Virus record (IMG/VR): IMGVR_UViG_3300010149_000008 | DNA from: a virus | Lineage: Duplodnaviria > Caudoviricetes | DNA: 64,000 nucleotides | Reading direction: 5' to 3' (one strand) | Part shown: positions 1 to 10,668 of the stretch, piece after piece | Position numbering within the stretch: position 1 is the first letter of the stretch | Layout of the letters: the number at the start of each line of letters is the position of its first letter | Notes under the pieces: generated by a model | Seen by the model: only the letters and a program-made list of their open reading frames with translations | Told to the model about the DNA's origin: nothing | Database searches by the model: none | Program-made: the position numbers and the translations under genes

Positions 1-1
1 C

Positions 2-1852
2 TTTACTGTTACATACTACGAAAAAAATATCTTCCTAAACATTTCAGAAAAGCCACAGACTTTTTCTAGCATTAGTGACATTGATTTGTCAAAAACAGTT
101 ACTAAAAAGTTTAAATTCATCAAAAAAACTTATGACAATAGCAGTCCTACAGAGTATTTTTTAGTAGCTCCTTTACATTTCTGGGAAACTGGCGAGCTTG
201 ATACTTCAAAGAATTCTGTCAACAATATTTTTGACAGAGAAAAAGATTCATCAACAACAAGTAGTATTGTAGGCTTTGGCAGGAAGTCAAGTCAGTTTAA
301 CGACGCAAATAGTTTGGCAAATCCATCTGCAGCTTGGTTTGCTAAATTAGAGGATAATACTAGTATTGCAACTGCAGCTGCAAGTTCTAACATTTATGAG
401 AATTTTCTAATACTAGAAAGTAATGAAAACTATGAAAATAATTTTGTACATCCACCTTCAACACTTAATAGAAAAATAACAATAACAGGACTTAGTTCTA
501 CTGCTTTACTAGGTGTTAATGGGCCAATTGCTGGTAGTATTATTAATAACACTTCTATTTTTGTACCATTTAAACAAACTGAGCTAAGTAACAATGCAGA
601 AGCTTCTGCGCAAAACTTAGTTATAACAAGAAATATTATTTTATCTTATTCAAGTAACAGTCTAAAAGAAAATAGCAATACAGGAAATGCATATAGCATA
701 TCCAGTAACTTCAGTGAAAGTTTAAATAACAACTTTATACTGAACAAGACAAAGAAACACTTTATTTCAAATGAACATTTAAACAATCAAATAAGTCTAA
801 TAGCTGGCAAAGCTGCTGATTTGTTAGACATAGATGAAAGTGATACTAACTACAATATTAACGAAAAAGTATATTTATCAAATTGTAAAAAAGTAGTTGA
901 TAACCATATATTTGATACAAACTCAAACTTTGTCTACAAGATAAAAGAAAAGTACGTTGAAGGAAATAATTTAAACAATCAAGAAAGCTATAAAATTATT
1001 GAGCTAAAAGGTCTGTATAATAATTTTACTATATTCAAGAAAAACAGAATTCTAGAGCAAGAATTAATTTTTGATTTTGAAAGTAAAGATAAACTAAGAG
1101 TATATGAGGATAAACTGTTAAAAAACGTATCAAGTTATTCTTCTTCTAAAGAATTTAGTACTCCGCACTACGAAATAGTTCTTTCATCAAACTTATCAAC
1201 TGATATAAATATTCCTACATCTGCCAGCGACAGTATTATACAGATACCTTACTCTCACTATAAAGTCGACTCTAGATTTAATCCACAAAGCTTTAATTCA
1301 TCATTTAACGTAGAAATTGAAGATGTTACTGACGCTTTTGATGAAAGTATAGATAATTTAAGTTCAGGATCACCGGTTTTCATGCTTTCAGAGAATCCAG
1401 AAGGATATGAAAGCAAAATAGAGCAAGAAGAAAAATTAAAAGAATTTCTTTACGGTTTTAGTAGAGGAGTTAACAGATATCCAATACAAAGACTAGACGG
1501 CTTTAAATACGGAGTTGAATGTGGAAGTAAAAAAAGCTTAAATCATCACTTTAAAAACAATAGTTTTGGCCAGTCTTCAGATAAAATAATGGGTTCAACT
1601 AATTTTGCAACTGCTAGATTAAACAAACAAGGAAATACAGTTTTTGAAAGAGTTATAGAAAAAAGATTCGTTAATGATAGCTTTGAGTTTGTGTCTACTA
1701 ATGACTATGAAACAACAGTTAGAAGCGACGAAGAAGTATTCAATAAGGATAGATACGGCAGATCTTACTATCCTTATATAGAAGATTCCAGTAATAATTT
1801 ATCACAGCTAAACAGCAACAATCCTTATTTCAATGCTAGCTTTTCTTTTTAA
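2..1852 (+). CDS. Partial (5'-truncated) large virion/baseplate-region protein
   Basis: Frame is open from position 2 (FTVTYYEKN...), so the TTG at 86 is internal. Asn/Ser-rich, lies upstream of baseplate-like genes. Confidence 0.6.
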   Translation, partial: FTVTYYEKNIFLNISEKPQTFSSISDIDLSKTVTKKFKFIKKTYDNSSPTEYFLVAPLHFWETGELDTSKNSVNNIFDREKDSSTTSSIVGFGRKSSQFNDANSLANPSAAWFAKLEDNTSIATAAASSNIYENFLILESNENYENNFVHPPSTLNRKITITGLSSTALLGVNGPIAGSIINNTSIFVPFKQTELSNNAEASAQNLVITRNIILSYSSNSLKENSNTGNAYSISSNFSESLNNNFILNKTKKHFISNEHLNNQISLIAGKAADLLDIDESDTNYNINEKVYLSNCKKVVDNHIFDTNSNFVYKIKEKYVEGNNLNNQESYKIIELKGLYNNFTIFKKNRILEQELIFDFESKDKLRVYEDKLLKNVSSYSSSKEFSTPHYEIVLSSNLSTDINIPTSASDSIIQIPYSHYKVDSRFNPQSFNSSFNVEIEDVTDAFDESIDNLSSGSPVFMLSENPEGYESKIEQEEKLKEFLYGFSRGVNRYPIQRLDGFKYGVECGSKKSLNHHFKNNSFGQSSDKIMGSTNFATARLNKQGNTVFERVIEKRFVNDSFEFVSTNDYETTVRSDEEVFNKDRYGRSYYPYIEDSSNNLSQLNSNNPYFNASFSF

Positions 1853-1860
1853 TAATTATA
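1852..1860 (+). promoter_or_regulatory. Putative late-promoter motif ATANTTA (ATAATTATA)
   Basis: 32 nt upstream of ATG 1884; the same motif and spacing recur about 20 times. Confidence 0.4.
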
Positions 1861-1883
1861 AACAAAATACATAGGGACAAAAC

Positions 1884-2975
1884 ATGGCAGGAATACTGGA
1901 TAAAAAAAGTAGAATTATAGATTTTGTTATCACAGAAAATGGTAGATCTCAAATTGAAGATGGAGACATTAGATATAAATTTGCAACTTTCAGTGATAGC
2001 TCTATAGTTTATACTAAAGATCATGAAGCTTCGCAACAAAACAAGTCAGATATTAGCAGCTCAGAAGCAAACTATATTCCAACTGAGATTAATACAAAAG
2101 CAAACAGCACTATTAATCCTGAGTTTGATCTAGGTAAGTTTTTTTCTTATACTAATAGTAATATACTTGATGCAGCTGAAGTTAAAAACAGCATAAACTT
2201 TAATGCATCAGTTGACAATCTTTTGACTAGCGAATCTTTGTCAAATAAACTTAAAAATTTAAGTTTAATAACAACCGAAAATAGCATAAACCCAGATAGA
2301 GCTATAACTTTCATCGATAACGGTTTCATGAAATCTGAAATTGACTTTCAAGGAAAATCAAATAAATATAAGACTATAAATTCTCATAAAATAGAAAGAA
2401 AAAATCTTCCAGTAATTGCATTAGACAAAAGATTTAGCAATAAAATTAACTACAGATTATTAATCCCTAAAGACATTTCAGGTGAAGATTTATATGAAAA
2501 GAGCCAGTTTAAAAACATTAAAAGTCTAGACGAGTTTAACACGACTGGGTTTGTATACTCAAGCTACAATATTAGTGAAACTTCTAATGAAACTTTAATT
2601 CTATCAAGAGAAAAAGAAATATTAAAAGTAATAAATGCTATTGAAAAAGATGAAAGCATCCATAAAAAAGTATATGAGTTAGAAAATAACTCAGAAGAAA
2701 ACACATTTATATTTGAACTACATGAGGCAAGAATAGAAAGTAACGACTTAGAAAAGCTTTCTTTTGTAAAACTAGGAAGCTTTTTTGATAAACTAAATTC
2801 TTCAACTAAACATGTTTATTTAATTGGTAAAGTTGTTAATTCTAGAGAAGACTCGAGTGACTTAGAAGTGCTGTTTAGCTTTAACGATGGAAAGATAAAC
2901 CTTAAAAACAAATCAAAATTTGCTATTTCTGCGTATTATTCTTTTATCACTTTGTTTACAATGGTTATTGAATAA
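1884..2975 (+). CDS. Putative baseplate/tail-collar-like protein (N-terminal-half motif)
   Basis: N-terminus IIDFVITENGRSQI...FATFSD aligns by eye with 12351 (IIDAVLTERGRELL...FVFGDD). Confidence 0.45.
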   Translation: MAGILDKKSRIIDFVITENGRSQIEDGDIRYKFATFSDSSIVYTKDHEASQQNKSDISSSEANYIPTEINTKANSTINPEFDLGKFFSYTNSNILDAAEVKNSINFNASVDNLLTSESLSNKLKNLSLITTENSINPDRAITFIDNGFMKSEIDFQGKSNKYKTINSHKIERKNLPVIALDKRFSNKINYRLLIPKDISGEDLYEKSQFKNIKSLDEFNTTGFVYSSYNISETSNETLILSREKEILKVINAIEKDESIHKKVYELENNSEENTFIFELHEARIESNDLEKLSFVKLGSFFDKLNSSTKHVYLIGKVVNSREDSSDLEVLFSFNDGKINLKNKSKFAISAYYSFITLFTMVIE

Positions 2976-2994
2976 AAAATTTTAGGGATTTAAA

Positions 2995-5900
2995 ATGATA
3001 GAAAATAGATATAAAAACAAAATTATTACTAAGTTTAGCACATCTAAAATAAAAGCAATTGTTCCGTCTATTGTAGAAAATAGTGAATTTTTTTTTAGAA
3101 TACCTGTAGATGTTAACAAAAACAGCGTTTCTTCTACAAATAAAAAATTAAAAATGCAAATAATTTGTCAAGACAGAAATACTTTTGCAAAATCTTTTTC
3201 AAATAAGTTTTATAGCAACACTTCAAACTATAAAGCTTATAATAAAAAAGAAGAAAATTCTTTGTTAAGTAAATTTTTACATAAAAATATTTTTCTAGAG
3301 TATAATAAAAAAAGTAGTAATGCTAATGATTTGGTTTTTAGCTTAGACTTAAATTTAGATAACACTGTAGACAATGAAAACGAAGAAAATAATTTAACAT
3401 CAAATACACATTTTTTTAATTTAACAGCAAATTTTTCTAAAAAGCTTATTAATAAAAATATAAAAAACATAAGAATTTTTATTCTGGATGATAAAAATAA
3501 TATCATAGACGAAACAGATATTTTAGAATGTGATTTTAGATTTATCAAGGAAAAGCAAAAACTAGTTGATGATAAGCTGTTTTATCAAAATTATTTTTTA
3601 AACAATTTTTCAGATAACTTAAAAATATCAGCAAACAAAGAATGTAATACTATTAATATTAAGTCTAGCTCAATTATTGACACGGAAATGTTTGAAAGCT
3701 TTAATGTAAGCTTAACTTATTCTGGCAGAAATAAAACTATTACTTGCCATGATACAGATTTAGACTTTTCTAGTGGCAATTTTATTTTAACTAAAGATGT
3801 TTCTAGCTTTTGTTTTTTTATTGCTGAAGATTATTATCTTGACAATAATCATGAATTTAACTTAAAGATTACAATTGACTTGCTAATAAAAGACAAATCT
3901 ACCAATAAAAGAATATCTAAGAAACAAAAGTCTGTTACACTATTTAAAGAGCTTACTTTTTCTAGAGACAAACTTTTACCTAGAGCTTGCGCTATATACT
4001 TTAAAGACAAGTTTTTCTCTCAAATAATGAAAAAATTGAATCTTAAGCAAAATCTAACTTTAATTAGTGATTCTAAAGTTTTTAATAAAATAAGCATTGA
4101 TAAAAATATTTCAAAAAGTATTTTGGAAGAAATTATTATTAAAGAGATTAAACTAAACAATGTATCTCTAGATAATAAAGCATACAATTTTAAAGATTTT
4201 ACCATAGAAAACTTAATACAGTTTAAAGGCAAAAGCATATCAGATATATTTGAAAATAATCTTTTTGAATACTATTGTAGAACTTCTAACAGAGAAGTAT
4301 TTTTTAGCATTGAAGTTGAATATTTAAATAAAAAGCATAAGTTTGTTTCTAATAAAATTACAAACAATTCCGGTTATGAGACTTCAATAAAAAAGTTAAA
4401 CAGACTTAGCAAAAGTAATATCAATATAGCAAAAGTAAAAGTTAATTCTTTCTTGAATTTAAACGAAAAATCAATATTTGATTTTAGAAACATTTCTTTG
4501 ACTAATTTAAGCTCTTATAACGATCTGGCTTATTCTCTTGGGTATATTTTAAATAATCAAGGTGACATTGAAAATTTTTTAGCTAATTGTATTGTAAAAA
4601 TAGAAAACAGCACAGAAGTAACAGATATTGGAATAACTACATATAATACAAATTATTTCTTTTTTAAAGAGCTCTTTAATATGCAAGAATTCTCTTCGGG
4701 CACAGTTTCAATAAACGAAAGTTATATAGAAAACTTTGTAAAAACAGATGAATACTTTACTATAGTAAACAAAAAAAGAAACGAGATAAACAAGAACATT
4801 ATAGACTTTTTTTTAAGCTCTGACGATTTAACTTCATTTCGAAAGATTTCTAAAGAAAAAAGCCTAAATGTTGAAAATCATATTAGTATAAAGCTTTTAC
4901 CCATACCTGAAATTGTTTCTGCTTATAGAGGCTACGACTTAGACAAGTTAGGAAATCCTATTGATGATTTAATTTATGGTGACATTGAAAACTTGTCTAC
5001 TATAAAAAGTAGAATAGCACGTGAGCTTGTAGTATACCTTTATACAGGCAATACAAATTTAAATTGGAGTAAATTTAACAAGTATAAAAGCATATTAATG
5101 GATAGCACAAAGTCTGAATCAGTTAATAATTATTCTGAGTTTTTTAATGACCTTGTATTTTTAGGAATGAATGAAAATGATTATTTTAAAAAAAGTTTTA
5201 GATATGACAAAAATGAATTATTAAGCTTGCAAAACATTGATGAAGTATATCTAAATTCTTCTATTATAGTCTCAAGTATAGAAGAAGAATTTAATAAAAA
5301 ATATTATGATTTTTCTTTGTCGAACAAAGAAGTTTTTATAGAAAACTCGCCTTTTAGCGTTTTATTTCAAAATAACAGTTACTTATCCGAAGACAATGTT
5401 TATAAACCTAGAGAAATAAAAATTGTCAAGAATGAAAGTGTAAGTGATATAAAAATAAACATTACAAATCTAAAAAACATTTATAGTATAGATCAAATAA
5501 AAGAAGCAAGATATTATGTTAGATGCTCACTTCACTTTTTAATGAAAAAAGACGAAGAAGAACTAAACAGTTTATTGACTGATAATACTGATTTTGTAAC
5601 GACATTTTTTAGTGGAAAAAATTGCATGACTTATAGTTCAAAATACGTTGATAAAAATGCTGCTAGTTTTTCAAATTTAAAAAATGAAATAGATATATCA
5701 AAAATACAGTGTTCTATAGAAAATGATAATATATATTTAGTCATTAATGATGATACAAACGACTTAGATGTATGTAATTTAAATTATAGCTTTTTTGCAA
5801 GTTTTTTTGACTTTTGTAATAACAACAGTATAAATCATTTATTAAAGCCATTGCTAAGATTTAGCGTAGGTTTTAAAGTCCCGCAATCTGATGATTTTAT

Positions 5901-6000
5901 TTTTGGTGTATTTAATCATAGTATACCTTATATTAATCTTAATGATAAAAAACTGTTACTAGATGATTTAAGTAAAATTGACACGCTAATAGTTACATAA
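2995..6000 (+). CDS. Large hypothetical protein (1001 aa), baseplate region
   Basis: Long ORF with AGGGA RBS, Asn/Lys/Ile-rich; no recognisable motif. Confidence 0.6.
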   Translation: MIENRYKNKIITKFSTSKIKAIVPSIVENSEFFFRIPVDVNKNSVSSTNKKLKMQIICQDRNTFAKSFSNKFYSNTSNYKAYNKKEENSLLSKFLHKNIFLEYNKKSSNANDLVFSLDLNLDNTVDNENEENNLTSNTHFFNLTANFSKKLINKNIKNIRIFILDDKNNIIDETDILECDFRFIKEKQKLVDDKLFYQNYFLNNFSDNLKISANKECNTINIKSSSIIDTEMFESFNVSLTYSGRNKTITCHDTDLDFSSGNFILTKDVSSFCFFIAEDYYLDNNHEFNLKITIDLLIKDKSTNKRISKKQKSVTLFKELTFSRDKLLPRACAIYFKDKFFSQIMKKLNLKQNLTLISDSKVFNKISIDKNISKSILEEIIIKEIKLNNVSLDNKAYNFKDFTIENLIQFKGKSISDIFENNLFEYYCRTSNREVFFSIEVEYLNKKHKFVSNKITNNSGYETSIKKLNRLSKSNINIAKVKVNSFLNLNEKSIFDFRNISLTNLSSYNDLAYSLGYILNNQGDIENFLANCIVKIENSTEVTDIGITTYNTNYFFFKELFNMQEFSSGTVSINESYIENFVKTDEYFTIVNKKRNEINKNIIDFFLSSDDLTSFRKISKEKSLNVENHISIKLLPIPEIVSAYRGYDLDKLGNPIDDLIYGDIENLSTIKSRIARELVVYLYTGNTNLNWSKFNKYKSILMDSTKSESVNNYSEFFNDLVFLGMNENDYFKKSFRYDKNELLSLQNIDEVYLNSSIIVSSIEEEFNKKYYDFSLSNKEVFIENSPFSVLFQNNSYLSEDNVYKPREIKIVKNESVSDIKINITNLKNIYSIDQIKEARYYVRCSLHFLMKKDEEELNSLLTDNTDFVTTFFSGKNCMTYSSKYVDKNAASFSNLKNEIDISKIQCSIENDNIYLVINDDTNDLDVCNLNYSFFASFFDFCNNNSINHLLKPLLRFSVGFKVPQSDDFIFGVFNHSIPYINLNDKKLLLDDLSKIDTLIVT

Positions 6001-6018
6001 TATAAAAGAGGTTTTAAA

Positions 6019-9000
6019 ATGACTTTACCAACAAATATAGGATTAGGATCAAACAGCGGAATTAGTATAGACAACAATATTTCAGCTGAAGTGCAAATTC
6101 AAAATAATCAAGATGTACGTAATTCTGGTCTTAATGTTGACAATAGTGTGTCTTTAAAGGATTTAATTAATTCTAATAACTTAAAAATTGACACAGATGA
6201 AGTTGCAGTAAATAATTTCATATCAGGCAAAAATTCTCCTGCAAATAAAAATGTTGAACTTGATTTAGTTTTCAGCCTAGAAAACAATAAAAACAATTTC
6301 TTAAGCAATGAAGTTCTGCAAAATATTAAAAACTATAATTTAGATATTATCAGTAATTTTTATGAAAACATTGAAAATAAAGCTTCTATGCTTCTTTCTC
6401 TTAACAACAATGAAGAAAGTTATTTTTCTAATTTTTACAATACAATATCAAATTTCAATACACTTAAAGGTAAGATTAGTGAAGCAATATTAGAAAAATC
6501 AGAAAAAGTTAAAACCAATAACTTTGAAAACATACTAAAAAATTATATTTCATCTTCTAGCAACTCAGAACTTTTTAATTTATTGACTAGCAGTTTTGCT
6601 ATTAATTCTGTAAAAGAAAATAATGAAAAAACTGCTAAAGTTTTAAATAACGTTTTGACTTACGATAGAGTACAAAAAATATTTCCTGCTCAAATTAATG
6701 CGGGCAAATTTATTAAAAAACACTGTCTTTTCGAAGCAAATATTTCAAGAGACTACGAGAGTAAAGAAATAAGAAGTATAATAAACGATGTTAATGTTCA
6801 AAACATAGTTACTATGATTAGAAACTTATACTTTATGTCTCCAAACTCTATGACTGGAAACTATTTGAAAGAAGAAAAATTTAATTTTCTTGACATGTCA
6901 AAAGAAAATTTAAGAATATACACTTCAGAATTTGATGATATTGATTATTTCAACTTTATTAATGAAAACGACAACGTTGACTTTGAAAGCTTTTTAGACA
7001 GAAATACTTTTAAACAAGTAAAAGAGAACGAGCTAACTTATTCTAGAAGCATCACTTTAAATTCTTCTATAGATGAAGCTTTAGGTAAGCAGCATATAGT
7101 CAGCAACATTAAAAGCTATGTTAATGATGTTATGATTGAAAATTTTAAAAATGTTAATCACATAAAAACTACAAACTATTCTAATCTTGGTCTTTTTCCT
7201 CCAAACAGCGTTGTAGCTGCTTTAGAGCTTAATAAAATTTTTACTGGTGACTTTTTTGAAGTAAATCTAGAAAAATATGATGTTCTTAAAGATGTTGGAA
7301 TACAAGACTTAATTTCTTTTATGCTTTTTGGCAACTCTGCTAATAATACTGATAATTTTGCTAATAGACTCTTTAAAGAAAATTATCTTAAACGTAGTAA
7401 TGAAATTATTTATAGATTTAAAAGTCCTATTACTAGATATCAAAACAACAGTAGCTCTAGAAACAACAAAGGAACAATAATATCTTCTGACAGATTTAAT
7501 TTAGATGATTCTAGCTTGCATTATATAAATGATCTATATACTAAAAGCATGATTGATAACTTTGTTAAAAAACAAAAGCTAAACTTTTTAAAAAATAGTG
7601 ATGTAGACTTACAATTCTCAAGAGAAGTTATAGAAAATATAAAGAAGTCTAGAATAAACAAAAAACTTGTTGCATACTGTAAAGAAGATAAACAAAACTT
7701 GTCTGCATTAAATACAGACAATCAATTATTTAAATTGTTTTTTACTGAAGATACTGAAGATGAAAATATTTTTTATAGTCACGCTGATATAGTTTCTAAT
7801 CATAGTGTTGAAGATGCTATTTTTAAAGGCTTGGATAACATGAAGTCATTAGAAATAGAGCCTAATGAAGACTACATTTTAATTAGTAATAATATTAAAA
7901 AAATTATTTCACTTTACTATCAAAATAATAATTTTTTTAGTTCTAGCTTGTTTTTTAAAAACATATTAAAAAGTATGTTAGATGAAATAGATGTAATCGA
8001 AGATATAGATTACGAAGAAAACAATCTGACTCAGGCTTTGTATTTTAATTACTTCAAAAAAGATTTTAATGAAGACACTCAAGCAAAAAAAGTTATAGCA
8101 GAGAGATTTTTAAAAAAAGCTGTGCAACTTGATTCTATATCTTCTTCAGCATTTAAAAGAAATAGAAGCTTAGAAAGCTTCAGATACATGCATGAGAGCG
8201 TAATAGAGGATGACTTTGATAGTGATTCAAAAGAAAGCGTAAAAAGCTATATTGATCAAGTTCTCAGCACATCAGAAAATCTTAAAAAAATTAAATCTTC
8301 AGTTTTTTCTCATAAGAATATTAAAAATTTAAGCATGCTATCAGACTATAAAAGAATTAGTAATTCACAAATAGTAAATAATGGCTACTCTTCTGAATTT
8401 GGTACAAATTTATACGCAGTTTCTTCAATTTTAAATTTAAATCTTATTCCTAACTATTGTTTATTATATAATTTTAAGTCAAGTGGTATCTTTGAAGAAG
8501 ATGCAAAAGTAAGTTATATTATAGAAAATAAAAATAAAGTTTTAGAAAATATTACTTTTGGTGACTTAAATCAAGAATCAGGTGAAAGAGAAATAAAAAG
8601 CACATCATACTTTGTTGACAGATCAATACAAAAATTTGATGTTACAAAGTCACAAGATATTTTGGTAAAAGTTTCTCCTAGACTGTGCATAAACGACAAA
8701 AACAGAGAAGATCATGAGTTTCCTCATATTACAATAAAAGATAATTTTGAAAAAATATTTATAAACGAAAACTACTCAAAGTTTGCTTTCGGTAAAGTAA
8801 TTGATATAATACAGGACATGCTAAGAATGTCTGTAAAAGACTACTTGAAACTATCTATAAGTTCTGAAGGTGATATTGACAGTATTGTTTCTAAAAATCC
8901 TAGTTTAATAGACGAAGTTGTAAGCTTACTTGAATTGTACTCAGAATTTTATCTAATTTATACTTCTAGAATTCAAAGATTGCAATCTTTGAAAATATTT

Positions 9001-10668
9001 AAATGGCAAAAAAAAGAAATATTTAATTCTGTATTTGTCAATGGAACTAACAACTCTTTTCCTTTAAACGGTATTATATCAAATCACTCTAGTGTGTTCT
9101 CTAAATTTAAAGACGCAATGGATCTAGACAACAATGACAATATTACTATAATAGAAAAAGAAGAAGTAATAGAATGCTTTAAAGATTTACAGGATTTAGT
9201 AATAGAATTCAATCAAAACCCTAATACTTATCTAGAAGATAATTTGACTGAGTATGATTCAGCAAACTACAAGACACATATAACTTACCTTTGTAAAAAT
9301 ATCATGCACAGTCTTTATTTGTCTGACTTTGCTCAAGCTTTTAACTTTGACTTGGTTAATGGTTTTTTAAATCATCAAAACAAAATTATTACATTAGATA
9401 GAAATGAAGTTAGTTCAAGTAATCTTTTTAGTGAGCTATCAAATGTTTCTGAAGACTTTGCAGAAGATCTTGAATTAAATTTTTATAATTCTTTTTATCT
9501 AAACAGACTTTCAAAAGTTATAAGTTTTATTTCACTTAAAAACAATATTAATTACAAGTATATTGATGATTGTTATAAAAAGTTAGGAAACAAGCTTCAC
9601 AAGAACAAAAACATTTTTGAAAAAATAAAAAACCACAAAATAGATATGGCAAGTAATTTAGGAAGTAAAATAGAGAATATATATAATTTACAAAACTATA
9701 CATTCTTTGATAGAAAAGAAGACTTCTTAAACTCTAGCTTTAAAACTTTTGCTTTAAACAACGATAGATTAAAAAATAAAAACAGTAAGTCTTTAATAAA
9801 AATAAAAGTATCATTATTAGACAAGTCTAACTTAAATAGATTGTATTTGCCTAAATTATATTTATTTTCACCTTTAATTACAGGTACTAATTACTTAACA
9901 CAAGAAATTCTTAATGAAAACAATATAACATCTAGCATAAAAAAGATTGGCTTTTTTGATGAAAGAAACAGTCTTTTAAATAGAACAAATATTCAAGATA
10001 TTGAAAGCATGTTAAATGGAGATGTTTTTGATTTAAAAAATAATTTAAAAAACAAGTTTTCAAAAATTAACAGTAATGAAGTTGATTTATTATATAAATA
10101 TTTAATAAGCTGCCATGTCAGCTCTTCTGAGATATCTGATATTTTAAAGTATTGTTATTCTTTAAATGTTTCAAAGGATATTTATAAGTCAAGAATAAGT
10201 GAGGAAACATTTTTGCTAGTAGAGAACTTATCAGATAGACAATTCTTTGATGTATTTAATGCTAAAAAAAATGATATACTAGAGAAAATTGTATTAGACA
10301 TAGATACAAATACTTATATATTACCTAAAAGAAGTAATATTATTGAAGAAAAATGCTTAGTTTACGATACGTTAACAAAATTAGAAAATATGGCTTCATT
10401 ATCTGAGATTGAAGACATTAAAGACGAATTATATTATGACTTCTATAATATAGCTATTAATCCTACACAGTTTTACTTTATTGATAGCAATTCTGATAGA
10501 GCTTTAGAAGATGAGTTTATTATAAAAGATGATCAAATAAAGCAAATAGAAAAAGTATTTGCAAAAATAAATAATTTAGATAATTTTAACAGTTCAAATA
10601 CAGTTTTTAAGAAAAGCACAATGTCAATTGACAATTTTGACATAATTTTTGAAATCGAGGTTTTGTAA
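6019..10668 (+). CDS. Large hypothetical protein (1549 aa), baseplate region
   Basis: Long ORF with GAGG RBS; stop overlaps next start (TAATG). Confidence 0.6.
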   Translation: MTLPTNIGLGSNSGISIDNNISAEVQIQNNQDVRNSGLNVDNSVSLKDLINSNNLKIDTDEVAVNNFISGKNSPANKNVELDLVFSLENNKNNFLSNEVLQNIKNYNLDIISNFYENIENKASMLLSLNNNEESYFSNFYNTISNFNTLKGKISEAILEKSEKVKTNNFENILKNYISSSSNSELFNLLTSSFAINSVKENNEKTAKVLNNVLTYDRVQKIFPAQINAGKFIKKHCLFEANISRDYESKEIRSIINDVNVQNIVTMIRNLYFMSPNSMTGNYLKEEKFNFLDMSKENLRIYTSEFDDIDYFNFINENDNVDFESFLDRNTFKQVKENELTYSRSITLNSSIDEALGKQHIVSNIKSYVNDVMIENFKNVNHIKTTNYSNLGLFPPNSVVAALELNKIFTGDFFEVNLEKYDVLKDVGIQDLISFMLFGNSANNTDNFANRLFKENYLKRSNEIIYRFKSPITRYQNNSSSRNNKGTIISSDRFNLDDSSLHYINDLYTKSMIDNFVKKQKLNFLKNSDVDLQFSREVIENIKKSRINKKLVAYCKEDKQNLSALNTDNQLFKLFFTEDTEDENIFYSHADIVSNHSVEDAIFKGLDNMKSLEIEPNEDYILISNNIKKIISLYYQNNNFFSSSLFFKNILKSMLDEIDVIEDIDYEENNLTQALYFNYFKKDFNEDTQAKKVIAERFLKKAVQLDSISSSAFKRNRSLESFRYMHESVIEDDFDSDSKESVKSYIDQVLSTSENLKKIKSSVFSHKNIKNLSMLSDYKRISNSQIVNNGYSSEFGTNLYAVSSILNLNLIPNYCLLYNFKSSGIFEEDAKVSYIIENKNKVLENITFGDLNQESGEREIKSTSYFVDRSIQKFDVTKSQDILVKVSPRLCINDKNREDHEFPHITIKDNFEKIFINENYSKFAFGKVIDIIQDMLRMSVKDYLKLSISSEGDIDSIVSKNPSLIDEVVSLLELYSEFYLIYTSRIQRLQSLKIFKWQKKEIFNSVFVNGTNNSFPLNGIISNHSSVFSKFKDAMDLDNNDNITIIEKEEVIECFKDLQDLVIEFNQNPNTYLEDNLTEYDSANYKTHITYLCKNIMHSLYLSDFAQAFNFDLVNGFLNHQNKIITLDRNEVSSSNLFSELSNVSEDFAEDLELNFYNSFYLNRLSKVISFISLKNNINYKYIDDCYKKLGNKLHKNKNIFEKIKNHKIDMASNLGSKIENIYNLQNYTFFDRKEDFLNSSFKTFALNNDRLKNKNSKSLIKIKVSLLDKSNLNRLYLPKLYLFSPLITGTNYLTQEILNENNITSSIKKIGFFDERNSLLNRTNIQDIESMLNGDVFDLKNNLKNKFSKINSNEVDLLYKYLISCHVSSSEISDILKYCYSLNVSKDIYKSRISEETFLLVENLSDRQFFDVFNAKKNDILEKIVLDIDTNTYILPKRSNIIEEKCLVYDTLTKLENMASLSEIEDIKDELYYDFYNIAINPTQFYFIDSNSDRALEDEFIIKDDQIKQIEKVFAKINNLDNFNSSNTVFKKSTMSIDNFDIIFEIEVL

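Noticed and set aside
86-88. TTG start for the first ORF
   Set aside because: The frame is open from position 2, so the gene begins upstream of the window.
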